This document shows, piece by piece, positions 19,201-30,146 of a DNA stretch of 64,000 nt. Source of the stretch: Savitreella phatthalungensis (lineage: Eukaryota). The stretch lies in contig AP039700.1 of NCBI GenBank assembly GCA_051599415.1, positions 186,001 to 250,000 of the forward strand, given 5' to 3'. How positions within the stretch are numbered: position 1 is the first letter of the stretch; each line of letters begins with the position of its first letter. Made by a program: the position numbers and the translations under genes. The notes under the pieces are model-generated. The model worked only from the letters and a program-made list of their open reading frames with translations. It ran no database searches and was not told where the DNA came from.

Positions 19201-19769
19201 GTGAGTAGGTAGAAGCTTCCACTCGCGATGACCTGATGACTTGCCTATGGAAGTCTGTGTTTCTATGACTGCTCGACAGGAGGTGTTCTACCCTAGAGTG
19301 TGGATAACTGCATTGATCGAGTACACAAATAAATTTGCTCTGTTCCACTTCAGGTTACGGACATCATGTCCGGGTCAATTCTGACACATGCAGCCTTATC
19401 GCCACAAACTGCTTGAAGAAGCATGCACTCGAGATAGCATCAAAGGTCATGTAGGGTTGTAGATATTCTATGCGATTGAGAAGAAGGAAGGTATAAGAGA
19501 ATCTGCGTACATAAGACAAGAGAGCTGTGGGTGTATGTGGGGATGTGGGTGTGTATGTATAGACCCGGTACGACGAGAGATTCGCCGGGGTTAAAGAAGG
19601 TTGTCGGTTCGTGAACGAGAGTAAGAAAGACAATAGACAGTATGAAGAGAAAGTCTGGTGGCGTAGTTCAGATTAATCGACTTCTTCTCAGATGGCGTAG
19701 TGTCCTGATCGCAGTGTGCAGTGGGACTTGATTTGCCGTAGCTTATTTACAGGGGTATGAGATCGAGGC

Positions 19770-22592
19770 TCAGCGTCCGGTGACAGCGGCCAGCTTTGAC
19801 GCGGACGACGATGCAGACGAGGACCGCGACGAGCTGGAAGACGAGCTGGAAGATGAGGTCTTAACCAAGGTCGAGGACGAGCTGGTCGTGGGCACGCTTG
19901 GCGTTGCTGAAGAGCTCGCGATGGTCGCGACGGTGCTGAAAGTCCTGGACGATGCAGCGGCAGGTGCTGCAGGAGGAGCTGACGAGGACGGCAGGGCAGC
20001 CACTGGCTTGCTCGAGGATGAGGACGCGACTGGTTTGCTGCTGCTGGGTGTGGCGATTGCGGGAGCTGCTGAGCTAGACTTGACGCTGCTGGCGGGCATG
20101 ACTGGCGCGCTGGACTTGGCTGAGACTGGCGCGCTGCTGGAGGCCTTAGCGGCAGCGGCGGCGAAGTTGTTGGCGTTCGGTGATGAGGGACCGTATACTT
20201 GAAGACGGTCGCCTGCGCCGCAGAGCTGTGTGAAGTCATCGTTGCAAGGCATGGAGCACTGCGAAGCGTCGTTCTTCGTGCTAGTGGGAGCGGCGTTCGA
20301 GCAGTAGCACTCGCCGCCGTACTCGATCCCGGCGAAGCTGAAGCCCTTGGCTGAGCAGGCGGATGTGCAGGAGTCGACGGTGCTCTTAGCTGCAGTGACA
20401 CGGGTCATGACGCGGTTGCTGGTGCTGTCAGTGTAGCAACCTAGGAAAGTGAGCGAGTTGGAGGACTGTGCGAGGGTCGGAGAGACCATGGCAGTAGCGT
20501 TGTAGATCGACAGACGATTGCCTGCACCACACTTCGTGCTCTTGTCTCCCCAGCAATTCATGTTGCAGTCACTCTCGGGGGCCTGGCTCATAAACTTGTT
20601 GACGACCTGGTCGCACCAGCACTCGCCACCGTACTCCACACCGGACAACTTGAAGCCGACCGCAGAGCAAGCAGCCACACAGCCAGGCACGGTGTTGTTT
20701 GAGCCGAGCTGGTAGCGCAGAGCACGCTGGCCATTCGTGTTGTCTGTGTAGCATCCGCCGTACTTGTACGCACCGAATGAGGCGCCTGCTGGAACAGGCG
20801 TCAAGGCTGGAGGAGCGGCGCTGGATGATGTAGCTGCGGGTGCTTTCGACGTCGGTGTGCTGCTGGACGATGAGGCAGCGCTCGGAATTGCCTTCTTACC
20901 GTTGAGGCTGTATGCCTGAACACGCCAGCCGCCACCACAGAGCTGGGTGCTGTCGCCGATGCACTTGGTGTTGCAGTCGGAGTCGGGTGCCCGGGTGGCG
21001 GAAAGGGAGTTACCGCAATAGCATTCGTTGCCAAGGTATTCGACACCGGCGTAGGAGTACCCCTGCGCTGTGCAAGAGGCGACGCAGCCGTCGACGGTAC
21101 CATTGGACGATGCCCTGCCAGGGAGGATACGGGAGCTGGTGTCGACGAAGCAGCCAACGTATGAGGCAGAGCCGTCAGTACTTGTCTGGGGGATGACGGG
21201 TGCGATGTAGGATGTGTCGCTGTAGACGCTCAGCCAACCAGAGCCACCGCAGACCTCCGTCGTGTCACCTGCACAAGCATAGTCGCAAGTCTGCCAGCCG
21301 CCGAGGTATGACGCTGGTGGAGCAGTACCGCAGTAGCACTCCTGTGACCACTCCAGTCCTGCCCATCCGTATCCCTGTGCCGAGCACGCGGCCACGCACT
21401 TCTCCACTGTCATATTGGCGATGCCGACGCCCTGAGGGAGGGTGCGGACGTTGTTGCTGACAAGGTCGCGGTAGCATCCGGTGTAGTTCCAGGTGCCGGC
21501 TGTCTGCTTGATGGTGGCTGCACCTGCGAGGATGTGTGCACCCGGCGGGGCGACACCAGACTCGTATTGCATCGTGTCGTTCCAGACCTGAGTCTTGTTC
21601 TTGCCACAGCTGGGGGTCATCTTGGCCATGTTGGGGCCGAACTGAACAGGGTTGCAACCTGGGAGGGTGTCGAGCTTGCCAAGGACCTGCTCGTTTGCCT
21701 GTGGGGTGATGTGGCAGTTGTTGCCGCCCTTGATGTCAAAGAGCGGGCAGTCTTGCATGAGACCAGAACTGGCGAGACAGGTCTGGATGGATGAGTTCAG
21801 GAAGTCTGTGTCCCAGCCGTTGACGAAGTCGCCGTGGAACCCGTAGCCTGTGGGGTCACCGGTGGAGAAGACGAAAGGCTGCTGACGGTCAGAGTACCAC
21901 CTGTCCTTGAAGTAGTCGACGACGAAGGTGACCTCGTAGAAGATTGTGATGAAGCGGTACGGGTACCCAGCCGGGCAATCACCCTCAGACACGGCCCACG
22001 GGTATGCCATGTGGGACTTGTGGTCTGCAGTGTCGAGGTCCTTGCCGTTCCAGCACGAAGGGAAGACAATCTGGGCACGAAGACCCTGTGGGCAGTTCTT
22101 GGTTGGAAGACCCTGGGAAGAGCTCGATCCCTTTTCGTAGTCGAGACAGACAAAGTTGACAGCGCCCTGCTCGAGTGAAGATCCTGCCTGTCTGAGCATG
22201 GGGTTGCCTGCGAGCATCTGAAAGCCGGGAGGGAAGGGGATCAGGCTCGACAGAGGGCTGTTGCCGGAACGCTGAAGGTAGTAGACGGTCGCGCCGCCAA
22301 GCACGGGGACGTCCTCGAAGGAGCCGTTGTTGGGATTCTGGTAGTAAAGCTGAGGGACCCAGTAGGCGGACAAGTCCTGCTTGATTTGGCAGGATGTGCA
22401 TGAAGAGCTCCGCAGGTCATCGTAATCGGAGCTGATGCTGAAACCACTTCCACCGAAGATGGTGTGAGCATGGCTGCTCAATGTGCCAGGGTTGACGATG
22501 GGATCGTAACGTCCGGTGACGATAGGATTGTCGCAGAGGAGACGCCAAAAGGCAGCTGCCTGGCCGGCGTACAGGAGAGTGCTGAACAGCAT
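19770..22592 (-). CDS. Secreted DUF1996 protein with four WSC carbohydrate-binding domains and Ser-rich tail
   Basis: ATG 22592 gives signal peptide MLFSTLLYAGQAAA-FWRL. DUF1996 motifs RYDPIVNPG...HAH, DLSAYWVP, FPSCWNG, GDPTGYGFHGDFVNGWD; four 'Y/FxGCY/FxD...GxE...ECyC...CGG...xxY' WSC repeats. Confidence 0.9.
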   Translation of the reverse strand: MLFSTLLYAGQAAAFWRLLCDNPIVTGRYDPIVNPGTLSSHAHTIFGGSGFSISSDYDDLRSSSCTSCQIKQDLSAYWVPQLYYQNPNNGSFEDVPVLGGATVYYLQRSGNSPLSSLIPFPPGFQMLAGNPMLRQAGSSLEQGAVNFVCLDYEKGSSSSQGLPTKNCPQGLRAQIVFPSCWNGKDLDTADHKSHMAYPWAVSEGDCPAGYPYRFITIFYEVTFVVDYFKDRWYSDRQQPFVFSTGDPTGYGFHGDFVNGWDTDFLNSSIQTCLASSGLMQDCPLFDIKGGNNCHITPQANEQVLGKLDTLPGCNPVQFGPNMAKMTPSCGKNKTQVWNDTMQYESGVAPPGAHILAGAATIKQTAGTWNYTGCYRDLVSNNVRTLPQGVGIANMTVEKCVAACSAQGYGWAGLEWSQECYCGTAPPASYLGGWQTCDYACAGDTTEVCGGSGWLSVYSDTSYIAPVIPQTSTDGSASYVGCFVDTSSRILPGRASSNGTVDGCVASCTAQGYSYAGVEYLGNECYCGNSLSATRAPDSDCNTKCIGDSTQLCGGGWRVQAYSLNGKKAIPSAASSSSSTPTSKAPAATSSSAAPPALTPVPAGASFGAYKYGGCYTDNTNGQRALRYQLGSNNTVPGCVAACSAVGFKLSGVEYGGECWCDQVVNKFMSQAPESDCNMNCWGDKSTKCGAGNRLSIYNATAMVSPTLAQSSNSLTFLGCYTDSTSNRVMTRVTAAKSTVDSCTSACSAKGFSFAGIEYGGECYCSNAAPTSTKNDASQCSMPCNDDFTQLCGAGDRLQVYGPSSPNANNFAAAAAKASSSAPVSAKSSAPVMPASSVKSSSAAPAIATPSSSKPVASSSSSKPVAALPSSSAPPAAPAAASSRTFSTVATIASSSATPSVPTTSSSSTLVKTSSSSSSSSSSRSSSASSSASKLAAVTGR

Positions 22593-22796
22593 TCTCACCA
22601 ACGACTTGTTGATCGACTCGTGAGGTCGAGTTGAAGGGTGAAGCAACCAAGTAGGGGCGTTGATGTCGTCGTTGGAACGGGCGTAGAAACGAGTGTGGGT
22701 GGTCTGTTGTTGTTATATTGTGGAAGGTGATGACCTGGTTACTGAATGCGTCGACGCCCGTTGGAGACGCCGTGCAGGGAAGATAAAGAGAGTATG

Positions 22797-22825
22797 TGCG
22801 AGCGAGCGAGCGAGCGAGCGAGCGA
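22797..22825. repeat. (GCGA)n tetranucleotide microsatellite
   Basis: gcgagcgagcgagcgagcgagcgagcga. Confidence 0.85.
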
Positions 22826-25409
22826 ATGAGTGACCGATGTAGTGGTCTGCCGTCGTCGTGGGGCTCAAGAGATCCCGCGGTCTTTGGCGCTGAGACAGCT
22901 CAAGCGAGAGACAAGCCCTTGTGGTTTTCTTGCTCTCGAGGATCTCTCCTGCTGCTGAATGACAGTTGCTGCGTGACTGCCGCGATCGAGGCAGGGCGTA
23001 CACCAGAGGCGTCGCCGGATCGGCTGAGCGCGCCGTTGCCGGGGCCGTGAGCCCTTCGAGAATGTCTCTGAGGCCCACATCACGCTGAAGGACGAGTGAG
23101 GTCGAGAAGGGTTTGTTTTCCGTGGGTCTATAGCGCCCGCTGTAGTAGAGGAGGTGGAGTCCATTGCTCACATAACCTGTCCAAGGTCGGAATTGGAAAA
23201 ACATTTGATTGTGTCAACAAGGGGGGCGAATTGGAACATGCTTCCTCAACCTATCAGCGATGCGCGTCGCTGGCGAGGAACGTGACTTCGAACAGCTTGA
23301 TACCGAAGGCCAGGTGGATCTCTGCAGTCTGAGGGAGGATGAATCTGCTTCCCGATAGTCCCGCATGGGAGCATTCCAGAGACGGAAGCGTGCGCTGCTT
23401 AGTACACAAGTGTACAAGTCGGGCATCGATTGTGATGGATTTACTGCTGTTGATGATACCGGTAGATTGGCATCATCATCAGGATAGATGGACACTTTCC
23501 ACATGCGGTTTACCCCCTCGAGTCTTTTGGCATCTGCTTAGACGCCACTTCCGCTACGGATTCCTTGTGTTTTCTTCCGGATCGAGGAGTTTCTAATCAG
23601 ACCAAGGTGAAACTCCAGAATTTGAAGATTGTGATGAAAGATGCAGGAAGGTTGAAGAACAGCAAGGTCAACCAACGCATCAGTCAAACAATGCCGGTCA
23701 GGATACGCAGTGGCTTTGAGAGTAGCCTCTGACCTCTTCCTACTAGGTTCTGAGGGCTTTGGGATACGATAAGAGTACCGATGACGATCCTGTTTGGCTT
23801 ATCCAGTTATCCCCTCTTGAACCTCCTTGTCTCCTGTAGAGAGTAGTGTGTCTGACTGACGTCCGTGTCTCTCGCTTGCTGAAGTGAAGATGAGTGATAG
23901 TCGGTCAAATGTCGTGAGCTAGCGAGGTGGAGATGACATCGATAAAGATTCTTTCAGGCCCCGCACCGGTAGCTAGGCGAACGACCGTGCTTGTCGTCAC
24001 GGACGCTATGCATTCATGTATTCTGTACTGCTCCAACGTGACTCGATAGAGGCTCATACGCGTCACCGGATGTAGTGCTGGCCTGTGTATTCACATTGAG
24101 CCGCATTGCTCGCTAAGAGTGATGCTTGCATGACCTCAAGCAGCAAGAGTCCATGCATGGCTGCGGGTGAAGGGTGCTAGACTTGGCAGCAGATCGTCTC
24201 GTGGAGGATCTTCATTCCGCGGCTGCTGCTGCCGTCGGAAGTATATGCACCGCATTGAACTACTTTCCAGGCGATCGACCATGCACGTTATGAGATCTTC
24301 GCATGCGGACGCTTCGTCAACTGACCAGCGGACCTTGACAGGCAGCTGATGAGGATCTGCTTCCGTGTTGTCGATGGAAAACAACGTTCATCTACAGACG
24401 ATAGTCTGGAGTATATACTTCGATCGTGAATTGTGTGCATGTGTTGGACATGTCACGTGAATATGGAGATGAGGCTACCGCAACAAGCACTCATCGTCCC
24501 TCTGGCTCTCAGTCACTCATGCTTTCATCGGAACAGACTGCCGTCGGCTGTCGATGACACGGGATCGAGCGCCAGGGTCAGATTGTCCGCCGCACATTCC
24601 TTGATGTGTGCCAAGAGGATGTTTCCGTGCGGACAACACAGACCACATGAATGTCACGCGCAAGTGATAGTCTGGACGCGTAAGTGATAGTCTGAACAGT
24701 CGCAGAGGAGTGTTTGTCTTTTTGGGACGAGTGACTGCGTCATTGTCGTTTGGTCCATGTCATTCCTCCGACCGCCGAGCCTCACACAGACACGTCCAGA
24801 CTAAGCGTGAATGGATTCTCATCGATGGTGGTTCTCTTCTACACTCATTCCTCAGGTCGACCACGCGATCGCTCGGTACCGACTACTTGGTCCCTGTCCT
24901 TCCCTTGCCCTCCTTCCCATTCAACTCCAACCAGATGATCTCCATCCTGCTTGACTTGATAGGTTGATGGATTGGAGTGAGTGTGAAGCTGATTGAGGCA
25001 ATGATGTTTAAGAGTTTTTTGAAGTTCTAATTACCGCTTTGATTTCCTCTCCCTTTTTTCTCTCTTCCTTTTCAATCAATAATGTTTTGTTATTGTGGAA
25101 AGCGTTCGCTAGCTCACTCCTCCCTGCCTAGTCATCCTCTTGAACGACGCCCGAGCTCGGCCAGGAGACATCTTATGTCAAGGGTTCACGGGCTGCCAAG
25201 CATTACTCAAGCCACAGAGTATATCGGCTGGATTGACAATGAAGTCATTGTGATCAATCGGTCAAGACAGCCGACCGGAGGGGCCCCCTCTCTTCCCAAC
25301 CATCCTTTGACTCCTGTAATATACGGATGCATCCCACAGTGACCCTCGAGACTCCCTTGGGAGTGACTTGATGTGTATACTACTGAAACTACGATGTGTC
25401 TCTTCAAGG

Positions 25410-25985
25410 TCAGGCAGCAGTTTGCTGTGTCGCCGGTACGTTGACTGTCACGGTTTCCGTGATGGTGGTCGGTGCAAGTCCGCTGGTTGGGATTCGATAG
25501 CCTGCTTGGTGACAGAGGACGATAAGTCCAGCGACAAGTGCTTGGTCAGTGATATTTCCCGTAGCCGTCGCTGTGGCTGTCGTTAGGGCGAGACTGGTGG
25601 TGGTGGTTGTAAGGGTGGCGGGAATGCCGGTCAGCATTGCTAGCGCCCCGATCGTGACCATCGGCGTTTCCAACATCGCCGCCGCCATCGCCGTCGATGT
25701 CACCACTACATACACTCTGCCAGAATCATCTGTTCGCAGCTCGCCATCTGAAGCACCGGCGTATATTGTCGTGACAGTGGTCGCCGCCGGAGTGACGGTG
25801 GCCGGGATCGACGTAGTCCTGGTGAGTGTGATGATGGTCGGGCTTGTGTAGTTGGCTGTGTACGGGTGACTGAATTGTTGAACGAGAGTGGTTGAATTGA
25901 GCCATGTGGTGTTGTTGACAGGTGGAGTGTGTCCGGCGGCGAGGGCAATACCAGCAATCAACAGCGATTTGTAAAACCACAACAT
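25410..25985 (-). CDS. Small Thr-rich putatively secreted protein (191 aa)
   Basis: ATG at 25985; signal-peptide-like MLWFYKSLLIAGIALA; N-glycosylation sequons NNT/NTT/NST/NYT; Thr-rich; no known domain recognised. Confidence 0.65.
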   Translation of the reverse strand: MLWFYKSLLIAGIALAAGHTPPVNNTTWLNSTTLVQQFSHPYTANYTSPTIITLTRTTSIPATVTPAATTVTTIYAGASDGELRTDDSGRVYVVVTSTAMAAAMLETPMVTIGALAMLTGIPATLTTTTTSLALTTATATATGNITDQALVAGLIVLCHQAGYRIPTSGLAPTTITETVTVNVPATQQTAA

Positions 25986-26263
25986 GGCCAGATGAGTGGC
26001 GTACCAAATGAGTCGACTACTTGGAGTTCGAGGATGGCCATTGCTTTACATATAACTCGATTATCGCTCAAGCAAACAACTAACAATGGACCATGACCAT
26101 GCAAGCGGCGATGAAGACATGCATTTGATTTCTTCGTATCTGTATCTGTAGTGCGTAGAGGTCTGTGCACGGATGAATGCAGAGGAGTTGTAGTGAGTAA
26201 TTCCGATGATGATTCTCATTTACAGTATACAAAGAGGTTTTACCGCTTGACAGATAGAATGTG

Positions 26264-27886
26264 CTACCTGATCTTGAGGGTAGGATCGAGCACGCTCAGG
26301 CGCTTATTCTCGTCGAATTTTGACTTACCAAAGACGTTCCAGAACCTGAGTGTCTCATCTCCCGCGCCAGTGACGATGTTTTGACCGTCTGGGCTCATGG
26401 CGAGGTAAAGTACACGGTAGGTGTGTCCAGTGAGTGAGGCAACTTGACTCATGTTTGGATACTTCCAGACAACCACTTGATTCTCAGAATAGCCGTGTGT
26501 TGAGACGAGCTCATTAGAGGTCTTGGACCATGCCAAATTACACACCTGAGAACCAGTGTCGATCTCAGACAGCTGTCTCCCAACAAGCGTGTTCCAGAAC
26601 TTGATCGTTCGATCCTGCGTACCGCCGCCAGAGCCAAGAACTCCGCGCTGATGCGGATTCCAGGCGATCGCCTTGACGGCAGCAGTGTGCTGGGAGAATT
26701 TGTGGAGGGGAGTTTCCGAGAGGCCGTCCCAGATGATCAGCTTGTTATCGTTTCCGCCAGATGCAAGTTGCCCATCTTCACAATTCCACTTCAGACCACA
26801 GACCTCTTGCCGATGTGCTCGGAGACATTTGATGTGGTGCTCCGGTATCCGGACGTCGCGGTGATAGATCAGTCGGTCACGTGACCCTGAGCTCAAGATG
26901 GAGTCATTCCAAGCAAGCGCACCGACGCGATTTGTATGTCCTGTCATGGTCCGCGTCTTCTTCTGCGTCTCTGCATCCCAGATATGTACAAGACCCTTGG
27001 TTGTCCCAAGGGCGACATGCGATCCGCGCTGGATCCATGAAACCGATGTCACCGGATCACCCGCGCCGAGATCGCACAGTTTTGTCACCTTGCCTGTTCC
27101 CGCGGACCACAGGTAGACGCAGTGATTCAATCCGACTGCAAGCTTGTTGCCAGATCCCCAGTCGACCAAATTCAGGTAGAAGTCGTCCTGCAACTCGGGT
27201 GCATCCAGGACCTTGTACGGCACTTTCGAGATTGTCCTGTTCTTCCGCTGCGGCGAGGTCAGCAGGCGTTGCGAATCGAATCGAACTGGTGAAAGCGAGT
27301 AAATCTCGTGGTTAGGATCAGGTCTGCGAGATGGTGTGCGACTGCTAGGTGTACTGGATGATCGCTGAGAGGGTGACATGTAGGTGAAGAGGCTGCGATT
27401 TTGCGATTTTGGCGTACTCGGTGGTGGAATCAGATGGGAGCGCTCGCTGCCGCCACTGCCAGGATTGCTGGCTGGTGTGTCGCCGCGACTGCCACGGGTG
27501 ACGGTGCCTGGTGCTCCACCGATCGGTGTAGATGATCGTGGCGGTGTCTTGCATCGTGTGGTGTAGACCGGCTGCTCGCCTGCGAGCTCCTGGACGGTTG
27601 CGATCGCAGAAGGTACGGTGTCTCCAAAGAGCTCCATGCGCAGCAAGTTGCTGAAGTTGCGATTCGCTTCTTCGACCTTTTGCGTGCGGGAGTCGCTCGT
27701 GGTCGAGGTAGATGTCGCGCTTGTTGCGGTGGCCGGTGAACCGCTACCTGAGCCTCTTCTAGTGGCATCACTGTTGTCGAGATTGAAAGCAGCTAGAAGG
27801 TCAACACCCTCCCTGCTTGGGATGAATCTGTCACCGCCTGTCTTGATGCGCTTCTTGCGCGGCGACGTGAAGATATCGTCGCGCAT
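26264..27886 (-). CDS. CDH1: APC/C activator Cdh1/Ste9 (fizzy-related WD40)
   Basis: C-box DRFIP, KVPYKVLDAPELQDDFYLNLVDW, WD40 repeats, C-terminal IR tail. Confidence 0.95.
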   Translation of the reverse strand: MRDDIFTSPRKKRIKTGGDRFIPSREGVDLLAAFNLDNSDATRRGSGSGSPATATSATSTSTTSDSRTQKVEEANRNFSNLLRMELFGDTVPSAIATVQELAGEQPVYTTRCKTPPRSSTPIGGAPGTVTRGSRGDTPASNPGSGGSERSHLIPPPSTPKSQNRSLFTYMSPSQRSSSTPSSRTPSRRPDPNHEIYSLSPVRFDSQRLLTSPQRKNRTISKVPYKVLDAPELQDDFYLNLVDWGSGNKLAVGLNHCVYLWSAGTGKVTKLCDLGAGDPVTSVSWIQRGSHVALGTTKGLVHIWDAETQKKTRTMTGHTNRVGALAWNDSILSSGSRDRLIYHRDVRIPEHHIKCLRAHRQEVCGLKWNCEDGQLASGGNDNKLIIWDGLSETPLHKFSQHTAAVKAIAWNPHQRGVLGSGGGTQDRTIKFWNTLVGRQLSEIDTGSQVCNLAWSKTSNELVSTHGYSENQVVVWKYPNMSQVASLTGHTYRVLYLAMSPDGQNIVTGAGDETLRFWNVFGKSKFDENKRLSVLDPTLKIR

Positions 27887-28915
27887 CGCATAGGCTGTGT
27901 GAGCGAGGGAAGCAGGCTGAGGGGACCTAATAAATCGATATCAGGCTGTTGCGCATCGCCGAAGAGTATCTGGTCCAAGAAAGGTGCGCGGTTTTGTTTG
28001 AGTAGCGGTGAGTGTGTACTCTGTGGGACAGCGGTACAACTTCTCCACTAGATTAGACTAGGCTAGAGTAGGATACTCAAGAAGAAGCGACGACCTGGAT
28101 CGGCGAGGTTTTGCTGATACTAGTGGAGATATTGGCTGAAGCTGATAAGTGTGATGTTTGCAATTGTGTGTGTTTGCTTGTTAGGTTGACAGGGCGCAAC
28201 GTTGGAGTCACTCACTCGAGCCTTACCATTACAGTATTGCGCTTCAGGGTTTTGTTACGATTTAGAATTTGGATTTCGTCGTCATGCATCCAATTTCATT
28301 CACTCGATCATATCAAATTGGCTGACTTTCACTGCATCCAGCTATAATTTATACTACACTCTCACTCATGCTTACCCGCGTATGCAAGAATGAGCCCGTT
28401 CATCAAAATCTGAAATTGATTGATGGATTAAAACATACAGTCAATTAAGTAATGGAAATATATACAGAGTCTAGCTATGCTTGAATAGATCAATGTGTAC
28501 GTACTCTAAGAATGAATAGAAATCCTTGTGCACGGTTGCTATGCAGGCAATTATTTTTTTCATTTTCGGAGTCAAAGTTGATTATCCACCCTACGAGTAT
28601 AGCCTTTCACCTCATAAATGCACCGGTTACATGCTCTGCTGTACTCTGCCTAGCACTCCCGCAGGAGCGACTCTAGGACACGATAACCAAGAAGCTTGAC
28701 AACCTCTCCTACATCTTACAAGAACGTACACGACCATCTTCTATCTGCATGTCTCCTAATTTCATCAAATATACATTGCAACCCTCGGAGCTCTAGGTTC
28801 TCCCGCGCAGGTCGACACTTCCAAATCCCGCCTTCGTGTGCATGTACGTACATGTACAGGTACGGGTTTCTATGCAAGTGCGTGCGGGCCTTTCCGTGTT
28901 CTGCTTCTTCCAAGC

Positions 28916-29447
28916 TCATACAACCTCGTGCTCGTGTAGAAGCATGTTGGCCACACCGTTCCGGATCCGATACACGTGCCCACATCTTCCGCAAGTCATA
29001 TTGCCTTCCTTAACAGCCGTCTGCATTATCAAACATGCGTCAGTCTTCCAAAATTTCCCTTGGCTTCTCCAATTCCAGAGTAGGATCAAGGTCTTACCTC
29101 CATCAGAACATTATGCAGCGATCGAAGAACCTGCTCGTGTTCCGGATTCTCCGGCTCAAGACCTTCAGGCTTCTCGCTCGGTAAGGTTTCATTGCCTAGT
29201 TGCTTGCATACTTGTACCAGTGCAGGCCATTCGATTCGTGACATGATATTGCAGATGAACAAGGGGTTGTATTGTAGCTCCGTCGTTTCCAACTCCACAT
29301 CGCTGAATTGAAGCGGATATGCTTCTGCAGTACCTCTACAGCTCTTCACTATTATTTCGTCAGTCTGGAACGTTTCGAGGGGAAAGTCGGAATCGCAGCC
29401 ATTGCCTTACCTGCGCAAGTGATGAAATTCGTGGTGATTAGCTTCAT
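28916..29447 (-). CDS. TRM112: Multifunctional methyltransferase activator Trm112, 3 exons: complement(join(28916..29020,29098..29348,29411..29447)), 130 aa
   Basis: Spliced product MKLITTNFITCAVKSC...YPLQ...LHNVLME|TAVKEGNMTCGRCGHVYRIRNGVANMLLHEHEVV*. Introns 29349-29410 and 29021-29097 have GTAAG donors, CTGAC branch sites and YAG acceptors. Confidence 0.93.
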
Positions 29448-30146
29448 CAGGTGTGTGGATCTTCCAACTCCGGGGATCAACTCTTGGGATCAAATCTTCT
29501 GAGACACAAAGAGTTCTCTAAACGGACTGCAATCTGGGATTCTTCCCTGCTGATCGATCTGCGCGCCGTACTTCGCCTGTGTCTATACCGTGATGTGTGC
29601 CTGTGCCTGTCATTCTCCCTCGACGCTGATGTATCAGTGTTGCTCTCCACACTGCAGCTGATGCATGTCTCTATCACGTGACCTCAATGATCAACACAGC
29701 TGTTAGAACGAGGACATAAAGTTAGATCAATACTGCAATGCATACAGGCTTACACGAATTCTACTATCCAATCAATTCATCGACCCATCCATCGACCGAT
29801 GATCATGCATCGATGATATATCTTATAAACAGTATACTTGATTTATAATAATATTTGACATAGTTTTATATCTCCCAAGAGTCATTTACTTCCAGATGAT
29901 CAATTTCAAACATCTCTAAATTTACACCATTTTCTGAGTGTCACATGCACGTCTGCGTCATGCCCCAAATACAGATCTCCATGTCCTCCTAAGCTTTATA
30001 CACCATATCTTTTACCGTCGATCCTCTCCACACCGGGGTGTCATCAGCTCACTTCTGCCCAGTGCTACACTACGTCCTCTGCCATCTCACCTCATTGACA
30101 CACAAATATAGCTCTGCGCGCTCGGCGATACAAGGAAGCAAACACC

